From Candidatus Parcubacteria bacterium (GTDB lineage Bacteria > Patescibacteriota > Patescibacteriia > Patescibacteriales > UBA12465): a stretch of DNA of 64,000 bases. How positions within the stretch are numbered: the stretch's first letter is position 1; the number at the start of each line of letters is the position of its first letter. The stretch spans positions 69,470 through 133,469 of the forward strand of contig AP029158.1 in the NCBI GenBank assembly GCA_037076615.1, given 5' to 3'. Made by a program: the position numbers and the translations under genes. Shown piece after piece: positions 42,093 to 52,100 of this stretch. Under the pieces are notes generated by a model. It was not told the origin of the DNA and did no database searches. It saw only the letters and a list, made by a program, of their open reading frames with translations.

Positions 42093-44546
42093 ATGTATAA
42101 TTTCCAAAAAATTGAAGCTAAATGGCAAGAAAAATGGCGCGCGGCCGAGATTTTTAAAACTCCAGAAATTGATAATCGTCCTAAACGCTACATTTTAGAT
42201 ATGTTCCCTTATCCATCAGGAAGCGGTTTGCATGTCGGTCATGTTGAATCATATACCGCCACCGATATTTATTCTCGTTTTTCCCGGGGACAAGGGTATC
42301 GTGTCTTACATCCTCAAGGATTTGATGCTTTTGGCTTGCCGGCCGAAAATTATGCCATAAAGACGGGGGTGCATCCGGCAGAAACAATTAAAAACGCTGT
42401 GGCTACTTTTACCAAACAGATTGATAACTTAGGGGTTTCCTATGATTGGGAGCGACGCGTTATTACCAGTGATCCGAATTATTACCATTTTACCCAATGG
42501 CTTTTTTTGCTGATGTATAAAAATGGCTTAGCTTATAAAAAAAAGGCCAAGGTTAACTGGTGTGAAAGTTGCCAAACAGTTTTGGCTCGTGAGCAGGCTG
42601 AGGGCGGTATTTGTGAGCGCTGCGGCAATAAAGTAATTCAAAAAGATTTAGAACAGTGGTTTTTCAAGATTACCGATTTTATTGAAGATCAGGAGTATGA
42701 GGGGCGAAAAATTACCGGACTCTTATCCGGGTTAGATAATCTTGATTGGCCGGAATCTACTAAATTAGGTCAACGTCATTGGATTGGTCGCTCAGTCGGA
42801 GCGGCGGTAAATTTTACTTTGTTAACTTCGGATCAAGCTGAGTTTAAGGCCGAGGTCTTTACCACCCGTCTTGATACTATTTTTGGTTGTACTTATTTAG
42901 TTTTAGCCCCGGAGCATCCTTTGGTGGGCACACTTTTGCCTCAGTTAGAAAATTCAGCGGCCGTGGCTGATTATTTAGAGCAGGTGGTGAAAAAAACCGA
43001 GCTCGAGCGCACCGATTTAAATAAAGATAAAACCGGTGTCCCGTTGGTTGGTCTCGAAGCGGTTAACCCTTTCAATCATCAAAAAATTCCGGTTTTTATT
43101 GCTGACTATGTTTTAGCGGGTTATGGCACGGGGGCGGTAATGGCAGTGCCGGCTCACGATGAAAGAGATTATGCTTTTGCTCAAAAATACCAATTACCAA
43201 TTACCACCGTTATTCAGCCGGAAATTGAGACTTCGACTCCGGAGGCAGTGTTTATCGAGGACGGCTTACTAATTGATTCCGGTGAGTATACCGGCTTAAG
43301 CTCCGCTGTTGCCCGCCAGCGCATGTCTGATTTTTTAGAACGTACTCGTCAGGGCGGCGAACAAGTAAATTATCGTTTACGTGATTGGCTGGTTTCCCGA
43401 CAACGTTATTGGGGCGCGCCCATTCCGATTATTTATTGTGAAAAATGTGGCGCGGTGCCGGTCCCGGAAAAAGACCTGCCCGTTCTCTTGCCGGAAGATG
43501 TTGATTTTCGACCAACTGGTGAATCGCCATTAAAAAACTCTCCTTCCTTCCATCAAGTCAAGTGTCCGAGTTGCGGCGCCCCGGCGCGTCGAGAGAGCGA
43601 TACGATGGATACTTTTGTTTGTTCTTCTTGGTATTTCTTGCGTTACGCTGATCCTAAAAATCAAGCTGTTTTTGCGGCTCCGGAAAAACTTAAAGAGTGG
43701 CTGCCGGTGGATTTATATCTAGGGGGCGCTGAACATACCGTTCTACATTTATTGTACGCCCGCTTTTTCTCTAAGGTTCTAAAAAAATATGGCTACCTGG
43801 ACTTTGACGAGCCCTTCTTGCGGATGCGCCATCAAGGAATTATTTTGGGCGAGGATGGAAATAAAATGAGTAAATCTAAGGGAAATGTTGTTAATCCTGA
43901 TAGTTTGGTGGCTGTCAGCGGCGCTGATGCTCTGCGTTTGTACGAAATGTTTATGGGTCCTCTAGAGGAGATGAAGCCTTGGAGCAGTCAAGGGATTAGC
44001 GGTGTTTCCAGATTCTTGGATCGCGTCGAAAGAATTTTTGATGGTTCTACGAGCACTGATGATGAGTCGGCGGTTGTGCTTTTACAGCAAACCATAAAAA
44101 AAGTCACTGCCGATATTGAAAGTTTTAAATTTAATACTGCTATTTCGGCGTTGATGATTTTTGTTAATCATCTCTACGACTTAAAAAATAAAAATGGTGA
44201 GTGGCCCCTTAGCGCTGATAATTTGGGTAAATTTTTACGTCTTTTAGAGCCCTTTGCCCCCCATTTAGCCGAAGAACTTTGGGAGCGCTTAGGACACAGC
44301 GATTTTTTAGCTTTAAATCCTTGGCCTCAATATGATCCAGAATTAGTTAAAGTAGAAACTTTCACTTTGGCGGTTCAAATTAATGGTAAGCTGCGAGCGT
44401 CACTTGTGGTGGCGGTAAATTTAGCAACCGAGGATATTGTCGAGCTAGCTAAAGCCGATCCGATGGTCTCAAAATGGCTCGAGGGGGCAGAAATTATTCG
44501 CCAGATTTATGTTCCGGGGAAATTGCTTAATTTAGTAATTCGTTAA
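42093..44546 (+). CDS. leuS: leucine--tRNA ligase
   Basis: 817 aa with PYPSGSGLHVGHVESY (HIGH), an editing-domain insertion, and the KMSKSKGN motif. Confidence 0.97.
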   Translation: MYNFQKIEAKWQEKWRAAEIFKTPEIDNRPKRYILDMFPYPSGSGLHVGHVESYTATDIYSRFSRGQGYRVLHPQGFDAFGLPAENYAIKTGVHPAETIKNAVATFTKQIDNLGVSYDWERRVITSDPNYYHFTQWLFLLMYKNGLAYKKKAKVNWCESCQTVLAREQAEGGICERCGNKVIQKDLEQWFFKITDFIEDQEYEGRKITGLLSGLDNLDWPESTKLGQRHWIGRSVGAAVNFTLLTSDQAEFKAEVFTTRLDTIFGCTYLVLAPEHPLVGTLLPQLENSAAVADYLEQVVKKTELERTDLNKDKTGVPLVGLEAVNPFNHQKIPVFIADYVLAGYGTGAVMAVPAHDERDYAFAQKYQLPITTVIQPEIETSTPEAVFIEDGLLIDSGEYTGLSSAVARQRMSDFLERTRQGGEQVNYRLRDWLVSRQRYWGAPIPIIYCEKCGAVPVPEKDLPVLLPEDVDFRPTGESPLKNSPSFHQVKCPSCGAPARRESDTMDTFVCSSWYFLRYADPKNQAVFAAPEKLKEWLPVDLYLGGAEHTVLHLLYARFFSKVLKKYGYLDFDEPFLRMRHQGIILGEDGNKMSKSKGNVVNPDSLVAVSGADALRLYEMFMGPLEEMKPWSSQGISGVSRFLDRVERIFDGSTSTDDESAVVLLQQTIKKVTADIESFKFNTAISALMIFVNHLYDLKNKNGEWPLSADNLGKFLRLLEPFAPHLAEELWERLGHSDFLALNPWPQYDPELVKVETFTLAVQINGKLRASLVVAVNLATEDIVELAKADPMVSKWLEGAEIIRQIYVPGKLLNLVIR

Positions 44547-44548
44547 TT

Positions 44549-45391
44549 ATGGACCTCGCTCAACAAATGAAGGAATTGTGTCGGATTTATGATCTCCGCC
44601 CCAGTCGCTCTAAGGGGCAGAATTTTTTAGTGACGGAAAGTGTTTATAATGACATCATTGCTGCTGGTGAGTTAACTAAAGAGGACACGGTTTTAGAGGT
44701 GGGGCCGGGGCTTGGTTTTTTAACGGCTCGTTTAGCGAAAGCGGCGGGGCAGGTAGTAACAGTTGAACTAGATGATAAGTTAGCTAATTTTCTTCAAACC
44801 GCTCTTGATTCACAGACGGTCACCAACGTTACTTTACTTAATCAAGATATTTTGCGTTTTAATCCCGATAATCTGCCGGCTGGTTATAAAATTGTCGCTA
44901 ATTTGCCTTATAATATCAGCTCGATTTTTTTAAGAACTTTTTTGGAGCAAAAAAATGCTCCGGAGCGCATGGTTTTACTTTTACAAAAAGAAGTGGCGCA
45001 GCGACTAACTGCGAAACCGGGGGCGATGAGTCTACTCTCGTTGTCGGTTCAGTTTTATAGCCAGCCCGAAATAATTCGCTTAGTCAAGGCCGGAAATTTT
45101 TGGCCGGAGCCTAAGGTTGATAGCGCTTTAGTTAGGCTCCAGCTGAATTCTGGACGCAGCGACGCTTATAGCGCTTCTGAAAAAAAAGCTTTCTTTCGTT
45201 TAGCCCGAATTGGTTTTAGCGCTAAAAGAAAAATGCTCAAAAATAACTTAGCCGCTGGTCTAAATCTTGATTTAGCCACGGCGACAGAAATATTAAAGGC
45301 TTCTAATCTGCCACCACACATTAGAGCTGAAGAATTAAGTCTCGATGATTGGGAAAAACTGTTTGCGACGGCGCAGTCTTTTGTGTTATAA
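44549..45391 (+). CDS. rsmA: 16S rRNA (adenine1518/1519-N6)-dimethyltransferase RsmA/KsgA
   Basis: Motifs present: RSKGQNFL, VLEVGPGLGFLT (SAM-binding site) and ANLPYNISS. Confidence 0.9.
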   Translation: MDLAQQMKELCRIYDLRPSRSKGQNFLVTESVYNDIIAAGELTKEDTVLEVGPGLGFLTARLAKAAGQVVTVELDDKLANFLQTALDSQTVTNVTLLNQDILRFNPDNLPAGYKIVANLPYNISSIFLRTFLEQKNAPERMVLLLQKEVAQRLTAKPGAMSLLSLSVQFYSQPEIIRLVKAGNFWPEPKVDSALVRLQLNSGRSDAYSASEKKAFFRLARIGFSAKRKMLKNNLAAGLNLDLATATEILKASNLPPHIRAEELSLDDWEKLFATAQSFVL

Positions 45392-45418
45392 TCAAGGCAC
45401 AAATATTAGCAATAAATT

Positions 45419-46096
45419 ATGAGTCGAGACTCATCTCTAGGTCCCGCTTCTTCTCTATCGTCTCGCCGTAAGAAGGCGGTTTTTAGTTTATCTTTTTTAG
45501 CAGTCGCTATTTTAGCGGCTTGGTTTTGGCAGTTTAATTCTCGCTTAACTCAGCCTTTTACGCCCAGTGAGGAAGAACTGGCGCTCGCGCAGCAAGCTGC
45601 TGAAGAAAAAGAGGCGGCGGCGTTAATAGAGAGAACTAAAGACACTGATAATGATGGCCTAACTGATTGGGATGAAATTAATATTTATAAAACTTCTCCC
45701 TATTTAGTAGATACCGATGGCGATGGCCTCTCTGATTTTGATGAGGTTAGAAAAGGAATTGATCCTCTCTGTGCGGAAGGGGCAAATTGTGGTTTACTGA
45801 CTAGCAATCCAGAAAGCATTGTTACGCCAGGGGCAGAAATAACTGTGGAAACACCAGCCAGTCTTATTGATGAAGAATTATTAATTTTAGCTTTGTCGGG
45901 ACAAGGAGATGCTGATACTATTCGCCAAATTTTACTTCAAGGTGGCGCTAGCCCCGAGCAAGTGGATCTTTTAAGTGATGAAGATCTGCTCCTGATGTAT
46001 GAAGAAATCTTGGCGGCACAACTTCCTGAGGTCCCAATTGGCAGTAGTGGCTCAGAATTAGGTGATTTATCAGAATTAGTCTCGCCCGAGGAATAA
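45419..46096 (+). CDS. membrane-anchored acidic protein with two thrombospondin type-3-like Ca-binding repeats
   Basis: It has an N-terminal TM (FSLSFLAVAILAAWFW). The repeats DTDNDGLTDWDE and DTDGDGLSDFDE match DxDxDGxxDxxE. It lies 37 nt upstream of the giant gene. Confidence 0.6.
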   Translation: MSRDSSLGPASSLSSRRKKAVFSLSFLAVAILAAWFWQFNSRLTQPFTPSEEELALAQQAAEEKEAAALIERTKDTDNDGLTDWDEINIYKTSPYLVDTDGDGLSDFDEVRKGIDPLCAEGANCGLLTSNPESIVTPGAEITVETPASLIDEELLILALSGQGDADTIRQILLQGGASPEQVDLLSDEDLLLMYEEILAAQLPEVPIGSSGSELGDLSELVSPEE

Positions 46097-46133
46097 TTTT
46101 TATTTTTTTAATTAGGCAATTTATTGCGATAAT

Positions 46134-49100
46134 ATGAAAAACCCATCATCTTCAAAAATTAAAGCCGGCTCTTTGCTTTTACTGCTGCTGTCGGCTTTTT
46201 TTGTGTTCAATTTAAATTTACAGCCCGCCCAGGCGGTACTGACCGCTACCGCCGAGGTTTCCTCTATCCCGCAAATACTGGCTGATACAAAATTAACCAT
46301 TAAAGAAAAACTGGCGAAAATTTGGCAGACTTTTGGCGCGAATTTAATTAGCACCACGGTGCGCAATACCTTAAACAGAGTTGCCATTGATGCCGCCAAA
46401 TATGTCGCTTCTGCCGGAGAGGGGCAAAAGCCGACCTATGTCGTTGAAGACTTTAGTGAATATTGGAAAAATATTGGCGATGCTGCGGCCGGTGATTTTA
46501 TTGATGGCTTGGGTAAGGCCTGGGAGGCGGATCTTTGCCAACCACCATCACCGAATATTCAGGCGAAAATTGGTTTAGGTTTAGTACAGCAGCTCTATCC
46601 TGATAAACCTGATTGCACTTTAAGCAACTTAGTTAATAATTACAGCTCGGCTTATGAAAAGTTAGCGGCGATGCAGAGCGGGGATTATTTAAAAGGCATT
46701 AAGGTCTCTTTTGATCCGGGAGGCAGCGAATTATCGGCGGCCATGACTCTTTTTGGGCGCGTTAAAGAGGTGAGCACCAAGGCGGAAGAAGATGAAAAAG
46801 ATAAAAACACTATTACTCAGGGCTGGCTAGATGTCAGAAATATTGCTGGTAAATTAGAAAGTGCTCCCGGTCAGGCCAAAGATGATTTAGAGGGGGCAAA
46901 AGAGGTCCAACGGGAAAATCTTCTTAAAACGACCGGTGATCACTTTGTTGACGCGACTAATATTTTTCTCAATCAGCTCGCCTATGAATCTTTTCAAAGG
47001 GTGATGCGAGAAATCAATAAAGGTAAGAGCACGAGTCAGCCTTTAGACGTTAGCCGGTTTGATGATTTAAAAAGCAGTGGCTTTGAATCTCTGGTTCAAT
47101 ATGGCGAAACAATCGTTAGTGAAAAATTAGCGAGCGTGGTCAAGCCTCGTTTTGATGTCCGTGGTGATTATAGTATTTTAGGAGAGTTAGTCGCTTGCCC
47201 AGATTTAAGTAATCCTGGGCCGAACAACTGTGTGATTGATGATAAGTTTTCGCAAGCAATTGCTGATAAATTAACCGTCGGTGAGGCCTTAAAAGAAGGG
47301 TACTTGCATGGCGACTGGCAAATTAGCGGCGACCCGAAATCGGAAAGTACTTATAATACCCGCAGTGCTAGCATTTTACGGAAATATCGCATTGTCCCTA
47401 TTACCTGGGAAGAGGCTTTTGATTATGTTGCGAAAAATAATGTTAAGGCTACTTTTCAAGATTTAGTTTCTTGTTTTGACGGTAGTGATGACTACAACCA
47501 GTTCTCCTCCGACTTCACTGATCGCAATGCCTCTTGGTGTCAAGGAAAAATTGACCCTAACTGGGTGCTTAAAGCCCCGCTTAATTATTGCGCCAAAGAA
47601 GGGGCCGGCAGTCAGATTCTTAGCAGTTATGTGACCCCCGAGGTGGAAGGGGTGTCATCGCTAATGATTTCTCGGGCCACTGATTATTGTGCCGATAGCC
47701 AGACTTGTATTAAGGAAAAAGTAGATGGCTCCTGCGAATTATATGGATATTGTAATGAAGAGCGCCGAACCTGGCGCTTTAACACTGATACCTGTGAGCC
47801 AGTTTTTAATACCTGTCAAACCTTTACTAATGCGACCGACAATCAAGCCCTGTCTTTTTTGGAGAATACTTTAGACTATAGTACTTGCGATGCCAATAAT
47901 GTTGGTTGTCGCGAATACTATGCCCAGGGCTCTTATGATCCGACCAGCGGTTCTTTCACTTGGGATAAAAATTATCCCTTATTTCTAAATAATCGCGCTC
48001 CGTCTTGTGAGGCAAGCGATGAAGGTTGCACCCAATTTTTACGCGGTAAGCCCGGCTGGGACGAGGTTAACTATGTGATGGATGGGGGCTTTTTATTGAA
48101 TCAGGTCGGCGATACTAACAGTATTGTGAACTGGCACTGGCCAATTGAGGGGACGTCTGCGGCTGGTGAAATTGTTAATGATGGTGGCAAGGCCTTACAG
48201 GTTAGTGGTGGTAACGGGGTTATGCTTTATTCTGATGAAAAGGGCAGTGTGTTGCCTAAAAATATGACGGCGGTCAGTAGCTGGTCTTATACTCTGTCGG
48301 CGGATGTAAAAATTATTTCTGGAGATAAGCTAACGCTCACTTTTGGTGGACCGATTAAACAGGTGGAAACTGATAGTCGTGATTGGGTGCGCCTTTCTAT
48401 TACTCAAGAAAAGACGAGTACCCTTAATTTTTACTTAACCGGCTATGGTAGTAATGTTAAATTTTTAGTCCGCAACTTAAAGTTAACTCCTAATGGACGG
48501 CAGACCGCTTTTAGTTATTATGGTAAATATCCAATTTATCAAAAATTATTACCAAACTATTTAGAATCACTTTGCTACACCTCTTCAGCTACCGGCAACT
48601 ATACTTTAAAAGAGGGTGCGCCAGCAATCTGTTCCGATTATGCCCGCAAGTGTAATAAAGAAGACGTTGGTTGTGATCTTTTCCGTTCCGTCGGCGATAA
48701 CTTTGAAGTGGCCGCTAAGGCTAACGAAAGTGATTATTGCGATTCTCAGTGTGATGGTTATGATATTTATATTGCTAAAGAATCAAGTATTTTTTCCGCC
48801 AGTGCCGATAATATTATTCCTGAATTAACCACGATTTGTGCCGCCTCTGAAGCCGGCTGTGCTAGTTTTACCAACCTTGACAAGGTGGAGCAGGGTGGCG
48901 AAGGAATTGAGTATTACTCTCAACTTAAACAATGTGTAAAACCGCAAGAAGCTTCTTGTGGCGACTTCTATTCTTGGGATAATTCTCAGCTAGTGGTGAT
49001 GTCTTTACGACAGAACCCCAATGGTCTCCCTTATTTAATTAATCCCGACACCAGCGCCGATTGCAGCAAAGAAATTTATAACTTGTCTCCCTCTGACCCT

Positions 49101-52100
49101 CGCTATAATCCTGATTGCCGAGAATTTTACAGTAAAGACGGACGAATTACTTATCATCTAATTTCCGAAACAGTTACTTGTTCCGATAACTGTAACTCTT
49201 ATCGTTTAAATACAAAAAATTACGATTCCACTTTAAAACAGTCGGAATGTACTGGAACCGATAAGAATTGGGATGATTTTAGTAAGTCCTGCCAGGTTTG
49301 TAAAAATGGTGGACTTTGGGATCCGCAGCAAAAAGCCTGTGTCTATAAGGCGATTCCTCAAGAAGGAAAAACTTGTGGGGCCGCTAGTGTTGGTTGTCGA
49401 GAATATAACGGTAAGAAGGGGAACGCTTTGAGAGTGGTTGAAACTTATACTTTTGAGGGGCAAACAGAGTTCAGTGGCGGCACGTCAAATTCTGATTCCA
49501 TTTTTAAAGAAGGGAAATCTTTGGCTGTCAGTGGTGCGGCCTTTACTGATGCCGAAAATTACGCCAAAGAAAACGCGGCCTATGCTTTAAAATTCTTAGC
49601 CAAGCCTCTAAATGCTGGCGCTAGTCTCCGTTTCTCTTTTGTAAATGCCGATGGTGAGTCAGCGGTCTTTGGGGTAACATCAACTAATGATAGTGGCGAT
49701 CTCAAATTAAACGGCGACTGGCAAACCTATGAGTTGAGTTTAGATAATCTTGATCATCGTCCGGCAACAGAGCGCTTGCGAGTTGAAACTACGGGCGGAG
49801 TTCTCTTGGATAATTTGGTGGTTAGTGAAATTACTGATCGTTATTATCTAGTAAAGGGATCAAGTGCTATCCCTGGTGTTTGTTCTTATGACATTAATGA
49901 TGTTTATCGGGGGCCAAATTATAATCTAGGTTGTGCCGGTTATTCGGATCGTTCCGGCGGCCTTCATTATTTACGCCAATTTAGTGAGCTTTGTCGGGAT
50001 TCAGCGGTGGGCTGCGAACTCTTAGTTCAAACTAATAATAATTCCAATTTCTTTAGCTTTACTTATAACCAAAAACTTAAAGATAGTAATTGGACTTCGG
50101 CTTGTGAAGAGGGGTCGGTCGGCTGTCACTTAGTTCCAGGCAATGAGGCGGTTTATATGATCTTTAATCAAAGTAAACAATGTAATCAAGCCGCCACTGG
50201 TTGTACTCGTCTCGGCACTATCCAAAATAATCTCGGGGTTTCTTCTTGGGGGCAAACCTTTAAGCGCTTGCAGCCCGATTTGTATCGCGATAAAAATCGC
50301 AGTCCTCTTTGCCAAGTTAATGAGGTTGGCTGTGACGCTTGGCTTTACGAAAACGGCTCCGCTAGTTATTTCAAAAATCCAGGCACCAATACCTGTTTTT
50401 ACCGCAACGGTAAATGGCTGCAAACCCCAGTTAAGCGCTGTGATGCAAATAATAATGGACAAATTGATAAAAATGAAAATACGGGCGTGGCTTGTGTCTC
50501 TAATGCTGATTGCGGCGGTTCTCAATGCTTAACCGATGAAAATGATTATGAATGCTTAGTTGATTATGGTCGTACTTTAGGTCTAAACGGTAATTTAGTG
50601 CCTTCACCGCGAAATAAAGTTGGTTTATGCTCGGCAGAAGCTTCAGGATGTACTGAATATATTGATCCGCTGAGCGAGCATGCAAGCAATTTACTTTATA
50701 ATCCGGGTGGTGCCAAAGTTGATGGTAATGATCGTGATGGTTGGGGGCCGGGTTATCAAGAGGTAACTTTAAAGGCTAATCGCCTCTATACCATTTCTGT
50801 GGACGGTAGTGTTTCGGGGTTGCGGGTTGCTATTGTTAGTGAAGGAGATGAGGAAAATGAGCTCCGGCCGCTTGATCGTTATAACTTTTTAAGCGCTCCG
50901 ACGAGAGAAATTGTTGTGTCAAATAATCAAGCTCTCTTCTATGTTCAGAATTTAATAAATCCGGGTGGTTCGGTTCGCATTCGTATTTATCGAAGCAGTT
51001 ATGGGTCCTCGATTTATTTACGAGAGGCGATAATTAATTACCAGCTAAAAGCTCAGCTAGATTTTAAATCTTGTAATGGCCTTGTCGATGTTGATAATGG
51101 CTGTGTCCTCTTTAATGAGCGCAGTCAATCCGGAGCTAATGGTTTAAGAGCTAATATCTATAACGCCTTAGGGACCAAGAAGGGGCAAGCACCGGTTTCC
51201 TGCTCTGGCAATGACTGCACCGCCAACCAGATAATTAAAGTTGAGCCCGATCGGGTTTGTTCTAATTGGCTCTCTTGCCAGACCTATGTTGAAGATCCCG
51301 AGACCGGCGAGAGGACCTGTTATAAGATTGGTGAATGTAATGAGTTAGATGATAAAAATGAATGCTCTAGCTTCATCTCTCATACTAATCCAAGTCGTGA
51401 CCCAATGAACCCTAATAATAAAAATACCACTGGTTATGCCTTGCTTGATAATTATTATCTCGGTCAAATGAAAGAAGTGGGCAGCCATGCGGAAGCCACC
51501 TTTACTTTTGAGAGTAACGCTTATAGCCTTTCCTGTCGTCGTGATATTAACGTTCCTAGCAGTTCTAAGCTAGCGCCAGAAAAATCTCGTCCTTGTGTCT
51601 TTGACAATGGTATTAATGGGGATAGTTTGGTTTTAGGCCCAGACCAAGCTACTACCGACTATCCGGCTGAAGGTGTTGGTTATTTGAAGGTTTTAAATTA
51701 TTATCAAATTTCTCCGCATTCGGAAAACTCACCCATTAGTGTCTCGAAAGGAAAAACTTACTTCATTAATTATTTAATAAACACCAAAAATTCTAATGCC
51801 AGTGCTAAGTTAATTATTACTGATGACAAAGATCAGGTTGTCGTGACCTTTGTAGATCGGGCTTCTGATGGCTGGGAAAGAAAGATTAAAAAATTTACCG
51901 CTCCTGCTTCTGGGCTAATTAAGATTTTCTTAACTTCTGATACTGATAACTTAGCTCAAGGTTATGTTTACTTTGATGATATTTATATAGAGCCAGTTCT
52001 ACAGGTCGGAGAAGATAAATATATTGCTAAAGAGTGCCGTTTATATCCGGAGGGCGATAGTCTTTCCTGCCTATCGGTGAACCAGAATGTTATCAAAGAT

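Noticed and set aside
45419-45434. Inverted repeat ATGAGTC-ga-GACTCAT spanning the start codon of the TSP3-repeat gene
   Set aside because: The arms are 7 bp with a 2-nt spacer, which is too tight for an RNA hairpin. I found no second copy elsewhere in the window, so it is likely coincidental.
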